This document shows positions 59,685 through 64,000 of a stretch of DNA of 64,000 bases, in pieces (within the stretch, counting starts at the first letter, position 1; each line of letters begins with the position of its first letter). Made by a program: the position numbers and the translations under genes. Below the pieces are notes generated by a model. It did no database searches. It saw only the letters and a list, made by a program, of their open reading frames with translations, and was not told the origin of the DNA. Source of the DNA: the human T2T-CHM13v2.0 reference genome, Homo sapiens; the NCBI RefSeq assembly GCF_009914755.1, contig NC_060926.1; one strand, 5' to 3'.

Positions 59685-60624
59685 TAACAGTAATGTGCCA
59701 ATGTCAATTTCTTGGTTTTGATATTATACTATCCCTTTATAAGATGTCATCATGTAGGGCACATGGGACTCCTTATACTATATTTGCAACTTTCTGTGAT
59801 TCTAAAATTATTTCAAAATAAGAGGTTTTAAAAAATGCATTGCAACCATTATATAGTTCTGATACCTTCTTTCTTTTATCAACTATTTTAAAGGATATTT
59901 AAGAATTGGATTTGCCAAAGTTAATGATGCTGCTATTTTAAAAACAAGCTTGTCCAAAAGGAGTATTATATTTTTAAGTTGTCATCTTGAAAGTTTGACC
60001 ACTTATGCAAATGTCTGGGCCATTGCATATAAAATGTTTCAGAAATCCTCTTTTGTAACCACCTTCAGAGATTAGCTATAGGCAAGTATGAAACCTTTTA
60101 TTTTATAGGACACTCTTTTAAGCTAAGATGTTTTCTTCCCACCTCCCTTTACACAAATCGGGCACTATAAGAAAAAGGAGAAGAAAGTCCATCTGTTTAT
60201 TCAAATCCAAAGAAGGTCTTTCCTTTCTTTCAGTAACCAGAAATCTGTGCTGTGAACTTTTCAAATGTGGGACATTGTTCGATGTGATGAAAGATTGTAA
60301 ATTTTCTTCATGTTAATTCCTTTCGTTGTTGCCAAGATGTGGGGTATTTGAAAGAACTTGAAGCAGCATTCATTCATTTTAAAGCAGTTAAATAGCTAAG
60401 TCATGGAAACATTTGATTTTTTTAAATTGACATTCTCTTTGCTCTTTGGTCTCTTGGGAATCAAATGCCCCTAAGAGATGCAGCTCCATCATTGCTCATA
60501 AGACTGTATTTTCTTACTAATGGGATCAGAAGCTGAGAAAGGAAAAACAAATACATCATTTATTTGTTCAAGGAAGTACAGATATTGAGACTTAAACTGA
60601 CCATGTGGATTTTACAGCATTTAC

Positions 60625-62298
<1,674 letters not shown>

Positions 62299-62499
62299 CT
62301 AGAAAATATACAGCTTTGGCTCTGGTACCAATTAAATCCCTACATTTTGTAACTTTTTTTGCAGTTCACACAAATCCATAAACAAAGTTAGGGTTCAAAA
62401 TTCCTTGTTTAAGATATGGGGGAGTCACAGTTTATTTCAGTTCTGCTCAGCTTTAAATGGCAAATTCCCATAAAATATATTTTGTACAATTGACCTAGT

Positions 62500-63940
62500 C
62501 TGTTATATTCCTTTGTATATGTTCATTTTATTTTTGTTGCAAACTAACTCTGTGAATATGGAATTATTTATAGAATATATACATAAACAATTTATAAAGT
62601 AGAAAGTGAAAATCTTCAACTACTCACATACATCCCACACCCCACTACAATTTACATACCCATTCTCAAAAGGTAGGCACCGTCAAAGTTTTGACATCTT
62701 TCTAGACATTTTTCAAAGAACATTCAGGCACATACGTTATTTCTTTTCACAAAAATAAAATCATACTTTACATATTGATCCATAACTTTATACTTAATAA
62801 TTCATCAGACTTACCTTTAATCTTTAAACCTCTATAGAAGTTTTCATTTTATGACTATTTCAGCATCCATTAAATCATTGCCCTATTGTTGGACATTTAG
62901 ATTGTCTTATATTTTTAGCGATTACAAATAAAGTTCCTTACATATATATCTTTACACATTTGTGCAAATATTTCTATAGGATGTAAATCTAAAACTACGA
63001 GTTGAAAATATTTTAATTTTGATAGTTATTGTCACATTGTAATAATAGTTATTTGCCAGTTATTTGTCACTCCAAATTGCTTGTCCCAATTCACTCTGTA
63101 CCAGAAGTATATGAGTTCTGTTCCTGCATATTCTAGGCAAACCTGGACTTTTTTAATGTTTAATATTTGGTAATTTGACAGAGAAAGATGGAATCTCATT
63201 TTTAATTTGCATCTTCCTAATCGCCAGTGAAGATGAACATCTTTTCATATGCTTATTAGGTATTAGCATTTTATTCTTTTGTGAACTACTTCTTCATATT
63301 CTTTGCTTTTGTTCCTACTGGGTGTTTGCCATTTATTTATTTGTTTGTTTGTTTTGTTTATATTCATTGGAGTTGTTTTATACCAGGTGTAGTAATACTT
63401 CTGTTATAAACATCTATTACAGAAGTTTTATATCTTTATATAGTCATCTGTATGTTTTTTTCTTTGTGGTTTCTGAATTTTGTCTTATTTAGGAAGACCT
63501 TTCCACCCCAAGATTGTAAAAAATATTTCCTGTATTTTATTCTAGAACTTTTATAGTTTTGCCTTTTTACATTTAGCTATTTAATACCTTGAATTTAGTT
63601 TTTAAAATGTGTCATATGAAGAGAACTCTAATTTTTTTCTTGTAAATAAAAATCCATTCATCCCCAAACAATTTATTAGTCTATTCTTTCCACAAGGCTT
63701 GAAGTGACATATTTTTCATATACTAAATATTCAATTTATTTGGATCTGTTTCTGAATCCTCTATTATATTTAATTGCTCTGTTTCTGTACCAATACTACA
63801 CTATTTTGACTACAACCTTATAGTAAGTTTTGATACCTGAGGAATTCAGTTTCTTTATTTTTATTCTTGTAACTTGCTTCTAATTGTTACTAATTTACTC
63901 ATCCAAATGAACTTGAGAATTAGTTTGCCAAGTTTCATTT
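62500..63940 (-). mobile_element. Ancient L1M 3' region remnant
   Basis: T-rich degenerate L1 motifs (ttttaatttgcatcttcct, catcttttcatatgcttatt, gaacttgagaattagttt). Confidence 0.7.
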
Positions 63941-64000
63941 AAAAAATTCGAGACCAGCCTGGCCAACATGGAGCAACTCCATCTCTACTAAAAATATGAA

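Overview
Primate (human-like) nuclear DNA, rich in repeats, with no intact protein-coding gene. Clear features: a PSAT1 processed pseudogene (~590-1800, -), an RSL24D1 processed pseudogene with TSDs (8412-9779, -), a CpG island (~18.9-19.8 kb), two full-length L1PA elements in head-to-head orientation (29199-35320 -, 53546-59684 +), a 5'-truncated older L1PA, ~14 Alus, MST/THE1/MLT2 solo LTRs, a MER44 DNA transposon and an isolated retroviral env fragment. The main unexplained signal, found by manual reading: about 30 AG...GT-bounded exon-like segments on the minus strand from ~62.3 kb to ~0.4 kb. Most of their junction phases are compatible, and they splice into a long, stop-riddled protein with several C2-domain-like (copine-like) motifs. 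I interpret this as the fossil of a large multi-C2 gene (unitary pseudogene). I do not recognise the gene, and the call needs homology searches to confirm.
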